A stretch of DNA of 35,102 nt from the IMG/VR virus record IMGVR_UViG_2541047701_000002, one strand, 5' to 3'. Of this stretch, positions 21,561 to 30,056 are shown one piece after another. Every line of letters begins with the position of its first letter. Positions within the stretch are counted from its first letter, which is position 1. The notes beneath the pieces were generated by a model, which was given only the letters and a program-made list of their open reading frames with translations, made no database searches and was not told where the DNA came from. The stretch is from a virus (lineage: Duplodnaviria > Heunggongvirae > Uroviricota > Caudoviricetes). The position numbers and the translations under genes were made by a program.

Positions 21561-21812
21561 ATGAAAATCAGAAATATTCTCGCTATCTCCCTTGCGACAT
21601 CATCCTTCAGTTGCCTGGCATTTAAATCCTCGCCCAATGTGCTACCAGGACCAACGAATCAACTAACTGCGGTAGAAAGTAAAATTATCGGACATTTTTA
21701 TGCCCCACACAGTACATTACCCGGAACAACCATCACAGGGACATGTGACGCCTCCCCCGTCCCGGGATGCACCTGTCCGTTTTGTACTATGCTGCGTAGC
21801 CAAAACCGATAA
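21561..21812 (+). CDS. Hypothetical small secreted protein (signal peptide, Cys-rich C-terminus)
   Basis: AGAGG about 9 nt upstream of ATG; MKIRNILAISLATSSFSCLA signal-like N-terminus; C-terminal GTCDASPVPGCTCPFC; no homology recognised. Confidence 0.4.
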   Translation: MKIRNILAISLATSSFSCLAFKSSPNVLPGPTNQLTAVESKIIGHFYAPHSTLPGTTITGTCDASPVPGCTCPFCTMLRSQNR

Positions 21813-21873
21813 CATCCGCATTTACCTGGTATTCCATGATGAGTTCACGCAGCGACTGATAGAGGAAGGAAAG

Positions 21874-22053
21874 ATGGTTAGTAAAAGCAAGGCGCATTGC
21901 CGCCGCATGCTGCAGGCATTGCAACAGACGAGAGCAGGTATTTTTGACCAGTTGGAAAACTGCCAGCATACTTTGCCCGAGTATATCGCCATCTCATCGG
22001 AAACCAGTGCAACTCTTATTCATCGGGTTCCACCAGAGAAAAAGAAGAAATGA
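21874..22053 (+). CDS. Hypothetical small protein (59 aa)
   Basis: AGGAAGGA RBS 5 nt upstream of ATG; ends just before a bidirectional hairpin; no homology recognised. Confidence 0.3.
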   Translation: MVSKSKAHCRRMLQALQQTRAGIFDQLENCQHTLPEYIAISSETSATLIHRVPPEKKKK

Positions 22054-22059
22054 ACAGTG

Positions 22060-22090
22060 AGGCGTTGTGTGGCATACAACGCCTTCTTCC
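22060..22090. terminator. Hairpin between convergent genes (bidirectional terminator-like)
   Basis: AGGCGTTGT gtggcat ACAACGCCT (9-bp stem) with T-rich flank on the minus strand. Confidence 0.45.
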
Positions 22091-22175
22091 ATCATTCCTC
22101 GTCAGCCATGACAAAAATATAACCGCTGGCTCTTTCATTTTTCTCCTGCTTCCAGCCCCTCTCTACCTGGAAGCA

Positions 22176-22502
22176 TCAAGGACGTGACGGCGTAAAGATA
22201 AATTGTCTCTTCACTCCCTGACAGGGGCGATTCTTTTCAAATCGCCATTTCGCCATGGCCTTCACCACTTCATCACGAAACAAATTATGAGGCTCTGAGC
22301 GGAGAAAAACGATCCGTGTCACAGTCCCATCAGCACCAATATCGAACTTAACCTCAACCAGCCCCTTGATATAATTTGCTGCAGCATATTCCGGATATCG
22401 TGGATACACCGTCACTAATTGCCGGGGCTCATCAGCTTTTTGCTGCGAGCATCCCACTGCCAGGACAGATAACAGAAAAAGTAGTAAAAGGCGTCTTTTC
22501 AT
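22176..22502 (-). CDS. Putative envelope lipoprotein with TonB C-terminal-like domain (YbcV-like)
   Basis: Start trimmed to MKRRLLLLFLLSVLAVGC (lipobox-like LAVGC); C-terminal YPRYPEYAAANYIKGLVEVKFDIGADGTVTRIVFLRSEP...WRF resembles the TonB C-terminal fold. Confidence 0.6.
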   Translation of the reverse strand: MKRRLLLLFLLSVLAVGCSQQKADEPRQLVTVYPRYPEYAAANYIKGLVEVKFDIGADGTVTRIVFLRSEPHNLFRDEVVKAMAKWRFEKNRPCQGVKRQFIFTPSRP

Positions 22503-22982
22503 TTTTATTCCTACGGGTCTTATTCTGACAATATATCCTGTGTTCCAGACTGCCACATCACCACATCCTGTGCCATTATCTGACTCACATTACATACATC
22601 GCATCGGGATACAGTAGTAGCACTTTCTGTAATACAGCTTCCTGTTTCTTCCACCATCGCACCGGGATAAACCCGCGAATCATTAACGCGGTAAAAACCC
22701 GGTGTGCATCGTTTTTAATTATTCCCGCACACTCACGCAGAAGGAATTCCCCGTCGGGCTACGGTCATGGTTAATGCGGGAATACGGCGACGATACAGCG
22801 CAGCTAAAAGGGTAATGGACGGATAGACCGGTTTATTTCATTCCACAGGATTCTGAGTGTCCCCAACTTCCTCCAATAGTCTGAGCCCACCTGTGTAGTT
22901 TTAATTTTCATCAATCCATTTAACTATCGTTTAATTGTTGTCACATAGGATTCTGCCGTTTTTAACAATGCAGGATAATAAG

Positions 22983-23276
22983 ATGAAAAAAATGTTGTTT
23001 TCTGCCGCTCTGGCAATGCTTATTACAGGATGTGCTCAACAGACGTTTACTGTTGGAAACAAACCTACAGCAGTAACACCAAAGGAAACCATCACCCATC
23101 ATTTCTTCGTTTCGGGAATTGGGCAGAAGAAAACTGTCGATGCAGCAAAAATTTGTGGTGGTGCAGAAAATGTTGTTAAAACAGAAACCCAGCAAACATT
23201 CGTAAATGGATTGCTCGGTTTTATTACTTTAGGCATTTATACTCCGCTGGAAGCGCGTGTGTATTGCTCACAATAA
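22983..23276 (+). CDS. bor: Bor lipoprotein (serum-resistance lysogenic conversion protein)
   Basis: MKKMLFSAALAMLITGCAQQTFTV...EARVYCSQ, near-identical to lambda Bor; opposite strand to the lysis genes as in lambda. Confidence 0.93.
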   Translation: MKKMLFSAALAMLITGCAQQTFTVGNKPTAVTPKETITHHFFVSGIGQKKTVDAAKICGGAENVVKTETQQTFVNGLLGFITLGIYTPLEARVYCSQ

Positions 23277-23307
23277 TTGCATGAGTTGCCCATCGATATG
23301 GGCAGCT

Positions 23308-23769
23308 CTATCTGCACTGCTCATTAATATACTTCTGGGTTCCTTCCAGTTGTTTTTGCATAGTGATCAGCCTCTCTCTGAGGGTGAAATAATCCCGTTC
23401 AGCGGTGTCTGCCAGTCGGGGGGAGGCTGCATTATCCACGCCGGAGGCGGTGGTGGCTTCACGCACTGACTGACAGACTGCTTTGATGTGCAACCGACGA
23501 CGACCAGCGGCAACATCATCACGCAGAGCATCATTTTCAGCTTTCGCATCAGCTAACTCCTTCGTGTATTTTGCATCGAGCGCAGCAACATCACGCTGAC
23601 GCATCTGTATGTCAGTAATTACCGCGTTCGCCAGCGTCAGTTCTCTGGCATTTTTGTCGCGCTGGGCTTTGTAGGTAATGGCGTTATCACGGTAATGATT
23701 AACAGCCCATGACAGGCAGACGATGATGCAGATAACCAGAGCGGAGATAATCGCGGTTACTCTGTTCAT
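23308..23769 (-). CDS. Rz: Spanin inner-membrane subunit Rz
   Basis: [39 protein letters not shown] matches lambda Rz (153 aa); ATGA overlap with the R stop. Confidence 0.93.
   Translation of the reverse strand: MNRVTAIISALVICIIVCLSWAVNHYRDNAITYKAQRDKNARELTLANAVITDIQMRQRDVAALDAKYTKELADAKAENDALRDDVAAGRRRLHIKAVCQSVREATTASGVDNAASPRLADTAERDYFTLRERLITMQKQLEGTQKYINEQCR
23367..23549 (-). CDS. Rz1: Spanin outer-membrane lipoprotein Rz1 (embedded in Rz, +1 frame)
   Basis: 60 aa, [49 protein letters not shown] matches lambda Rz1. Confidence 0.9.
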   Translation of the reverse strand: MRKLKMMLCVMMLPLVVVGCTSKQSVSQCVKPPPPPAWIMQPPPDWQTPLNGIISPSERG

Positions 23770-24263
23770 TGCTGACCCCACAAACAGATTTCACGCTCAA
23801 TCTCACGACGAGTCATGAGACCTTTCCATTGCTTACCGCCAGCATATGTCCAGCGACGTAGCTGATCACATGCGCCTTTGATATCGCCCTGGTTTATTTT
23901 GCGAAGAAGCGTCGATGTTCTGAAATTGCCAGCACCCACGTTGTAAACGAATGAGTAAAGAGCGCCGCGCATTGTTTCCGGTATATCGACTTTGATGTAC
24001 GGGTTAATTTGTCTGGCGACCGTGGCAAGGTCTTTATTCAGGAGGGCTTTGCATTCTGCTTTGGTATACGTTTTACCGAGCATGATGTCTTTTCCTGTAT
24101 GCCCGTGACATACAGTCCATACACCAACAATATCTTTGTATGGTATGTAGCTGACACCTTCCAGACCATCGTTACCACTTGGGCCAGTGATTAACACTGA
24201 TGCTATAGCAATTGCTCCGCCACCAATAGCAGCAGCAACGGCTTTTCGTAATGATGGAGGCAT
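23766..24263 (-). CDS. R: SAR endolysin (phage 21 R-type lysozyme, signal-anchor-release)
   Basis: 165 aa; [30 protein letters not shown] hydrophobic SAR N-terminus plus lysozyme core; matches the phage 21 / DLP12 RrrD type, not the lambda R transglycosylase. Confidence 0.9.
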   Translation of the reverse strand: MPPSLRKAVAAAIGGGAIAIASVLITGPSGNDGLEGVSYIPYKDIVGVWTVCHGHTGKDIMLGKTYTKAECKALLNKDLATVARQINPYIKVDIPETMRGALYSFVYNVGAGNFRTSTLLRKINQGDIKGACDQLRRWTYAGGKQWKGLMTRREIEREICLWGQQ

Positions 24264-24478
24264 TATTCACCTCTCGCAGCCTTGCGCTTATCTTCTTTAA
24301 TCTTGAAATAAAGGTTTGTCAGGTACGTCAGCAGGCCAAATACCAGGCTACCCAGCACACCTATTGCCGCCCACTGTGAGGGCGTGACTTTATCGAGCAA
24401 CTGTAAAAACCAGTACCCGGCACTACCTGCTGAGGTACCATAGGCGACACCCGTTGTTAACTTATCCATGGATTTCAT
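24263..24478 (-). CDS. S: Pinholin S (phage 21 S21-type, dual-start)
   Basis: 71 aa, [31 protein letters not shown]; two TM segments; Met1 and Met4 dual-start motif typical of S21 / EssD. Confidence 0.9.
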
Positions 24479-24604
24479 AACCCCACCTCGCAGACAAAGC
24501 GGGTGTAAATTAAGGGGATACTACGTATCGCAATAAAGGCAGAAACGTAACAGATTCGGAGTCAGTGAATAACTCAGGTATTGGGTTATCAGCTAATATC
24601 GAGA

Positions 24605-24640
24605 CTCAAAAAATGGAAAAACCCGCTCGACGGCGGGTTT
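24605..24640 (-). terminator. Rho-independent terminator-like hairpin about 130 nt upstream of S (candidate tR'-type late terminator)
   Basis: Minus strand AAACCCGCCGTCGAGCGGGTTT followed by TTCCATTTTTTGAG. Confidence 0.45.
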
Positions 24641-25066
24641 AAGCTGTGTGACGAAGTAACCACTCTTAACAGCATAACCAATTTTTTACGTACGTAAACT
24701 ACTAAATGATATTTGTGAGAATGCCACCGAGTGTTCAAAACACCACCACAAATGCATAAGAAAACTTCAACAAATAACCAGTTAATAATTTCCGACGTTA
24801 TTTTTAGTTTGTTTAAATTAAGCTAAAGAATTATAGAGCACTTATAAATAAGTGCCATTAATATAAATTAGCTAATAGATTTATTTTTGTTCAGACAAGA
24901 GCCATGAATAGGATTAGATAGAAAAGGTTCAGATAAAAATAGAGATCTACTTCACAAATTAAATGAGAAACTAAAACTTACATCTTGAAATAATCACATT
25001 GATTAGATGAATATTTATCGCGCAGTGACATCATTTTTTAATAATAGTTCAAAAAAAGGGCGTACA

Positions 25067-26149
25067 ATGAAAAAATTAACAGTGGCAATTTCTGCTGTAG
25101 CTGCATCAGTACTGATGGCGATGTCTGCTCAGGCAGCTGAAATTTATAATAAAGACAGTAACAAGCTGGATCTATACGGGAAAGTTAATGCCAAGCACTA
25201 CTTCTCCTCTAATGATGCAGATGATGGTGATACTACTTATGCCCGTCTTGGCTTCAAAGGTGAAACCCAAATCAACGATCAACTGACTGGTTTCGGTCAG
25301 TGGGAATATGAATTCAAAGGCAACCGTGCTGAATCTCAAGGTTCTTCCAAAGACAAAACCCGTCTTGCATTTGCAGGCCTGAAATTTGGTGATTACGGCT
25401 CAATCGATTACGGCCGTAACTACGGTGTAGCATACGACATCGGTGCGTGGACTGACGTTCTGCCAGAATTCGGTGGTGATACCTGGACCCAAACAGATGT
25501 GTTCATGACTGGTCGCACTACTGGTGTTGCAACTTATCGTAACAACGACTTCTTTGGTCTGGTCGATGGCCTGAACTTTGCTGCTCAGTATCAGGGTAAA
25601 AATGACCGCACTGACGTAACTGAAGCCAATGGTGATGGTTTCGGTTTCTCCACTACTTATGAGTATGAAGGATTCGGCGTGGGTGCAACCTATGCTAAAT
25701 CAGATCGCACTGACGGTCAGGTCGCCTATGGTAAGAGCAAATTCAATGCCTCCGGCAAAAATGCGGAAGTATGGGCTGCAGGCCTGAAATATGATGCGAA
25801 CAATATCTATCTGGCTACCACATATTCTGAAACTCAGAATATGACCGTTTTTGGTAATAACCATATTGCAAACAAAGCACAAAACTTTGAAGCAGTAGCA
25901 CAATATCAGTTTGACTTCGGTCTGCGTCCATCTGTTGCTTACCTTCAGTCAAAAGGTAAAGACCTTGGTGTTCATGGTGACCGAGACTTAGTCAAGTATG
26001 TCGATGTCGGTGCTACTTACTACTTTAATAAAAACATGTCCACTTTTGTTGATTACAAAATCAACTTAATTGACGATAGTAAGTTTACCAAAACAGCTGG
26101 TATTGATACCGACGACATCGTCGCTGTAGGTCTGGTTTATCAGTTCTAA
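25067..26149 (+). CDS. nmpC: Outer membrane porin, phage Lc / NmpC family (OmpC-like; lysogenic conversion)
   Basis: Start trimmed to [23 protein letters not shown] signal peptide; [17 protein letters not shown]...GLVYQF with C-terminal Phe; typical general porin; opposite strand to the flanking Q and lysis genes. Confidence 0.92.
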   Translation: MKKLTVAISAVAASVLMAMSAQAAEIYNKDSNKLDLYGKVNAKHYFSSNDADDGDTTYARLGFKGETQINDQLTGFGQWEYEFKGNRAESQGSSKDKTRLAFAGLKFGDYGSIDYGRNYGVAYDIGAWTDVLPEFGGDTWTQTDVFMTGRTTGVATYRNNDFFGLVDGLNFAAQYQGKNDRTDVTEANGDGFGFSTTYEYEGFGVGATYAKSDRTDGQVAYGKSKFNASGKNAEVWAAGLKYDANNIYLATTYSETQNMTVFGNNHIANKAQNFEAVAQYQFDFGLRPSVAYLQSKGKDLGVHGDRDLVKYVDVGATYYFNKNMSTFVDYKINLIDDSKFTKTAGIDTDDIVAVGLVYQF

Positions 26150-26159
26150 TCTGACTTAC

Positions 26160-26200
26160 GAAAAAGATATGTTGCGGGAGGCTTTGCCTCCGCAACATAT
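26160..26200 (-). terminator. Strong hairpin with U-run on the minus strand (terminator about 140 nt downstream of Q; also abuts the porin stop)
   Basis: 15-bp stem with one bulge: ATATGTTGCGG(G)AGGC TTT GCCTCCGCAACATAT; minus strand continues CTTTTTCG. Confidence 0.55.
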
Positions 26201-26287
26201 AAGTGGAGCCCTCAAGCCACTTCCTTTAGAAGCACTACCTTGCTTCTTACTATATAAACCTTCTGTTATATATTACCCTTTATTTTG

Positions 26288-26311
26288 GGGGCGTTTCCAC
26301 GCCCCATTTTT
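26288..26311 (+). terminator. Rho-independent terminator (plus strand) in the porin 3' region
   Basis: GGGGCG tttcca CGCCCC followed by ATTTTT; no T-run on the opposite strand. Confidence 0.55.
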
Positions 26312-26337
26312 AATAACTTTTAGTAAACAATTGCATA

Positions 26338-26721
26338 TCAATTAGAATTATTAGCAACGATATCCATATCTAACCGGATATCTAATGCCATTAACATCCC
26401 TTCAATTATGCCCTCAGCCTTCTGTAACCTTTTCCCGATATAACCATCCGAGCAGCAATGCTTACTTGCCAGTGACATGAATGTCATACCACATACATAA
26501 TAATCTACTAATAAATCGTGTAAATCGCTGTTGTTCTTTTTCAGACGGGCCATGCACCCGCAAATGATCATCGCGTCATCGTCACAACATTGCGGGCGAG
26601 ATTTTACTTTTGAAGGAATTAATCCCTTAAAACCGGCGGCAATGGACGACCAGGTCACATCTTCATGATTATTAGCCGCCCACGCACCCCAACGCTCAAG
26701 AACCATCTGAATATCACGCAT
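26338..26721 (-). CDS. Q: Late gene antiterminator Q (QuuD / phage 21-82 type)
   Basis: Start trimmed to [31 protein letters not shown] (GGAG RBS); 127 aa with Cys-rich zinc-binding-like motifs; matches DLP12 QuuD as I recall it. Confidence 0.85.
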   Translation of the reverse strand: MRDIQMVLERWGAWAANNHEDVTWSSIAAGFKGLIPSKVKSRPQCCDDDAMIICGCMARLKKNNSDLHDLLVDYYVCGMTFMSLASKHCCSDGYIGKRLQKAEGIIEGMLMALDIRLDMDIVANNSN

Positions 26722-26806
26722 CAACTTACTCCACAAAAATCAGACCAGAACGCCAATTACAAGCAAAAATCAACAAAACAGTATTAGTTGATTGTTATCT
26801 CTGACT

Positions 26807-26929
26807 TCATACTCCTGTTCCTGTCAGGGTTTTGGCGTAATTCTTCAGTATTCGGTAATCGGTCAAAACAGAACCGAGGAAACGATATAAGCGCAGACGC
26901 CCCCAGCGGTGGCGAAGAAGTTCTGCCAT
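26807..26929 (-). CDS. ylcG: Small protein YlcG-like (40 aa)
   Basis: Not in the ORF track (under 60 aa); hand-translated MAELLRHRWGRLRLYRFLGSVLTDYRILKNYAKTLTGTGV between rusA and Q as in DLP12; coordinates approximate. Confidence 0.5.
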   Translation of the reverse strand: MAELLRHRWGRLRLYRFLGSVLTDYRILKNYAKTLTGTGV

Positions 26930-26943
26930 ATTAAACTCAAACA

Positions 26944-27306
26944 TCATTCATTCCCCATTTCGGTGATGGTCAGTTCCAGCCTCCCACCTTTGGTAACAGG
27001 CATCTTCACAACGCGGTAATCAACGACCTGAGCATCATCCAGCCAGAAACCTGCTTTAGTGAGTGCGTCAAAAGCGGCTTTTTGCAGATTATCCAGGTCA
27101 CGGCGACGGCGATCCGGCATGTGGCACTCAATGCGGATTTTCACAGGCATAGCCAGGCCGATATCCAGCATTGCGTTTTTAATGATTCGGGCGACGTTAT
27201 CGCGGTATGCCTGCCCCTCTGCGCTGACGTGCGTGCGCCCGCGATTATGGCGGTAATAGCGATTATTGCTCGGAGGCCAGGGTAATGTGATGCTGTAGGT
27301 ATTCAC
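26944..27306 (-). CDS. rusA: Holliday junction resolvase RusA
   Basis: 120 aa, [42 protein letters not shown]... matches RusA; apparent GTG start. Confidence 0.95.
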   Translation of the reverse strand: MNTYSITLPWPPSNNRYYRHNRGRTHVSAEGQAYRDNVARIIKNAMLDIGLAMPVKIRIECHMPDRRRRDLDNLQKAAFDALTKAGFWLDDAQVVDYRVVKMPVTKGGRLELTITEMGNE

Positions 27307-27431
27307 GCCTTAATAACCCCCTCTTTCAGCCACATAACCTGTGTTCTCGCCATACCTTCCAGCGCGCATTCTTTTGCATATGCAGCATCGACTTGCTTGG
27401 CATGCCCTTTACCGGCAATCTTCTGTATGCG
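27303..27431 (-). pseudogene. ybcO: 3' remnant of a ybcO-like nin-region gene (no N-terminal half, no in-frame start)
   Basis: Frame ending in ...[29 protein letters not shown] (stop overlaps the rusA start) matches the YbcO C-terminus as I recall it; upstream in-frame stop codons and no similarity to the YbcO N-terminal part; coordinates approximate. Confidence 0.4.
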
Positions 27432-27512
27432 CTAAACCTAGATAGAATCCACTCTGTGCACATTGAAGCCCGCTCTATGCTTTCTTTCAGGTATTGAAGG
27501 GATTGAGATGGG

Positions 27513-27860
27513 CTAAGCATTATTGGCCTCCTGCATCAGGAGAAAGACAATCATGGCGGCGCGGAGAGGTCTGGTATCAAATATTGGGCTTACGCCTTTT
27601 GCATCCACACACCATTCAGTTAACTGGTCTAAGATAGAAATCCTGTATTTCTCAATAATCGGCCATGAAGCGCTCGGATCATTGCAGTAGTCAGGCAAAT
27701 GATTTAATGGCTCAAAAGTTGTATCAGCATTTCCGTAATACCATTTGTTGGTGTTATTCCCTGATGTTTCCGGTTTACTTGCCCAAAGGCCTTTAAAAAT
27801 TATGTCTCCTACCATTCTGTTAATTTCAAAATCACTTAACTGTGAATAATCCATTGTCAT
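27513..27860 (-). CDS. Hypothetical nin-region protein (115 aa)
   Basis: ATGA overlap with the ninE stop; [31 protein letters not shown]...; no family recognised by eye. Confidence 0.5.
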   Translation of the reverse strand: MTMDYSQLSDFEINRMVGDIIFKGLWASKPETSGNNTNKWYYGNADTTFEPLNHLPDYCNDPSASWPIIEKYRISILDQLTEWCVDAKGVSPIFDTRPLRAAMIVFLLMQEANNA

Positions 27861-28033
27861 TTCCTCGCACGATATCTTAGCCACCGGATATCCCACAGGT
27901 GGGCTGTGTAATTGAAGGTTTTTACGTCAGATTCTTTTGGGATTAGCTTGCGTTTATTTCTGGAGCGTTTCGTTGGAAGGTATTTGCAGTTTTCGCAGAT
28001 TATGTCGGTGATGCTTCGTCGCTGTCGTCTCAT
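27857..28033 (-). CDS. ninE: NinE
   Basis: Start trimmed to [29 protein letters not shown] (lambda NinE); ATGA overlap with the upstream methyltransferase stop. Confidence 0.88.
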   Translation of the reverse strand: MRRQRRSITDIICENCKYLPTKRSRNKRKLIPKESDVKTFNYTAHLWDIRWLRYRARK

Positions 28034-28557
28034 GCAGCCCTCCTGACGCCCTGCCCGATCGCCATCAATGCCGCTTTGGATACGGTAGTAAACATCCGTC
28101 GAGGACTGATGAACGGTCGCCAAATCAGCAGCATGGAGCCTTTGCTGTTTCCCTTCTTCTCCAGCCCTGTCGATGGTTCGATAAAATTAATCCGTCCATC
28201 AGTGATAATACGAACTTCGTCAACACTCTCCAGAGCCTTGCTGAACCATCCGACAGACATATCCTCTGGCACAAGCATCACTACCGTCTGTCGCTGTTGT
28301 ATACACTGCTCAGCGGCTTTTTCCACCCACGGCCTGATATTGCTGTACGGTGGGTTATTCCAGATTGCACCGTGGCTTACCCACTCAGAATTGAGCGCGT
28401 CGTCGTCCTCAGTTAGCCAGTGAGCGCACAGAGCATTTTTGTCGCTCGCTGCCGAATCCAGCCAGAATCCAAACTCAATATCCAGTGCATCAAAAAGCCA
28501 AAGCGGCGTTTGCCAGCAGTCCTTGTCGTGTGCTGGCGTATTTGATTTGATAGTCAT
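28030..28557 (-). CDS. Phage DNA N6-adenine methyltransferase (Dam-like, NPPY motif)
   Basis: Start trimmed to [23 protein letters not shown] (ATGA overlap with the ninB stop); catalytic NPPY motif (AIWNNPPYS) and LDSAAS; 175 aa. Confidence 0.75.
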   Translation of the reverse strand: MTIKSNTPAHDKDCWQTPLWLFDALDIEFGFWLDSAASDKNALCAHWLTEDDDALNSEWVSHGAIWNNPPYSNIRPWVEKAAEQCIQQRQTVVMLVPEDMSVGWFSKALESVDEVRIITDGRINFIEPSTGLEKKGNSKGSMLLIWRPFISPRRMFTTVSKAALMAIGQGVRRAA

Positions 28558-28994
28558 GCAGCCCGATCTCCCCATCGCGCTTTCCATTCGAGAGCCAGTC
28601 GCGCTTCGTCTGACCACTTAACGCCACGCTCTGTACCGAATGCCTGTATAAGCTCTAATAGCTCCGCAAATTCGCTTACACGCATCCTGCTGGTTGACTG
28701 GCCTATTACCACAAAGCCATTCCCGGCAAGGTTAGGAACAACATCCTGCTGCTTTAATGCTGCGGTAAACACACACTTCCAGCTTTCTGCATCCAGCCAG
28801 CGACCATGCCATTCAACCTGACGAGAGACGTCACCTAAGCAGGCCCATAGCTTCCTGTTTTGGTCTAAGCTGCGGTTGCGTTCCTGAATGGTTACTACGA
28901 TTGGTTTGGTTGGGTCTGGAAGGATTTGCTGTACTGCGTGAATAGCGTTTTGCTGATGTGCCGGAGATCGAATTTCAAAGGTTAGTTTTTTCAT
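28554..28994 (-). CDS. ninB: NinB (Orf-family recombination mediator)
   Basis: MKKLTFEIRSPAHQQNAIHAVQQILPDPTKPIVVTIQERNRSLDQNRKLWACLGDVSRQVEWHGRWLD near-identical to lambda NinB. Confidence 0.95.
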   Translation of the reverse strand: MKKLTFEIRSPAHQQNAIHAVQQILPDPTKPIVVTIQERNRSLDQNRKLWACLGDVSRQVEWHGRWLDAESWKCVFTAALKQQDVVPNLAGNGFVVIGQSTSRMRVSEFAELLELIQAFGTERGVKWSDEARLALEWKARWGDRAA

Positions 28995-29010
28995 GACTTC
29001 CCTCTCCCCC

Positions 29011-29042
29011 AAATAAAAAGGCCTGCGATTACCTGCAGGCCT
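29011..29042 (-). terminator. tR2-like rho-independent terminator between ren and ninB
   Basis: Minus strand AGGCCTGC aggtaatc GCAGGCCT followed by TTTTATTTGGGGG; same position as lambda tR2. Confidence 0.6.
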
Positions 29043-29067
29043 GTTATTAGCTCAGTGATGTAGATGG

Positions 29068-29358
29068 TCATCTTTTAACTCCATATACCGCCAATATCCG
29101 TTTCATCGTGGCACTCTGGCGACACTCCTTAAAAATCAGGTTCGTGCTCATCTTTCCTTCCCGTTCTTCCTTGGTAGCAAACCGGTAATACACCGTTCGC
29201 CAGACCTTACCTTCGATAACCAGAAGACCTGCCCGTGCCATTTTAGCCGCGGCCTGATTTATGCTGGTTACTGTTGCGCCTGTTAGCGCGGCAACGTCCG
29301 GCGCACAGAAGCTATTATGCGTCCCCAGGTAATGAATAATTGCCTCTTTGCCCGTCAT
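29068..29358 (-). CDS. ren: Ren (Rex-exclusion resistance protein)
   Basis: 96 aa, MTGKEAIIHYLGTHNSFCAPDVAALTGATVTSINQAAAKMARAG near-identical to lambda Ren. Confidence 0.93.
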   Translation of the reverse strand: MTGKEAIIHYLGTHNSFCAPDVAALTGATVTSINQAAAKMARAGLLVIEGKVWRTVYYRFATKEEREGKMSTNLIFKECRQSATMKRILAVYGVKR

Positions 29359-30056
29359 ACACTTGCTCCTTTCAGTCCTAACTTAGCTTTAATTTCTGCG
29401 ATCTTCGCCAGCGCCTGAACACGATTTAGAGGTCTGCCGCCCATGACAGGAAGTTGTTTTACTGGTTCAGGTATCGTCTCACCACGGTTAATTCGCGCTG
29501 TCATACAGGTCAGTTCATCGGCAGCCTTGCGTCGTAATTCCGCGTCAGTCAGCGCATTGGCCCGCATGTTCTGGTACAGGTTGGTAACCAGCCAGTAGTG
29601 CGCGTTCGATTTCCACGGATAAGACTCTGCATCCGGATACAGGCCTCGCTTCCGGCAATACTCGTAAACCATATCAACCAGCTCGCTGACGTTTGGCAGT
29701 CCGGCGATAACGGATGCTTCTTCCCGGCACCATGCAACAAACTGCCCGGGTGATGGCAGAAATGGTCGATTCTGCCGACGGGCTACGCGCATTCCTGCGT
29801 TAACCTGTTCCATTGTGGTGATCCCGTTTTCCCGGAAAGCCAGAACCCACTGGCGGCGGATTTCGTTCAGTTCGTTCTGGTCACGGTTAGCCAGACTCGC
29901 CGGGAAAGTTGCCAGTAACTGGCTGAACACACCGTTGATGATCTGCGCTACCTGCTGTACCTGCGGCTTTTCGTCGTACTGTTCCGGCATGTTGTTGGCG
30001 ATCCGACGCATCTGCTCACGGTCAAAATTAACCATCTGTGCGGCGATGTTTTTCAT
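29355..30056 (-). CDS. P: Replication protein P (DnaB helicase loader)
   Basis: 233 aa, MKNIAAQMVNFDREQMRRIANNMPEQYDEKPQVQQVAQIINGVF near-identical to lambda P. Confidence 0.95.
   Translation of the reverse strand: MKNIAAQMVNFDREQMRRIANNMPEQYDEKPQVQQVAQIINGVFSQLLATFPASLANRDQNELNEIRRQWVLAFRENGITTMEQVNAGMRVARRQNRPFLPSPGQFVAWCREEASVIAGLPNVSELVDMVYEYCRKRGLYPDAESYPWKSNAHYWLVTNLYQNMRANALTDAELRRKAADELTCMTARINRGETIPEPVKQLPVMGGRPLNRVQALAKIAEIKAKLGLKGASV

Noticed and set aside
23277-23307. Short hairpin GCCCAT cgat ATGGGC between convergent bor and Rz
   Set aside because: 6-bp stem with no U-run on either side; too weak to call a terminator.
27326-27520. 64-aa minus-strand ORF between the hypothetical nin gene and rusA
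   Set aside because: Overlaps the ybcO-like remnant in a different frame; no recognisable similarity; possibly a by-product of the recombination junction. Not excluded, but not supportable as a gene.
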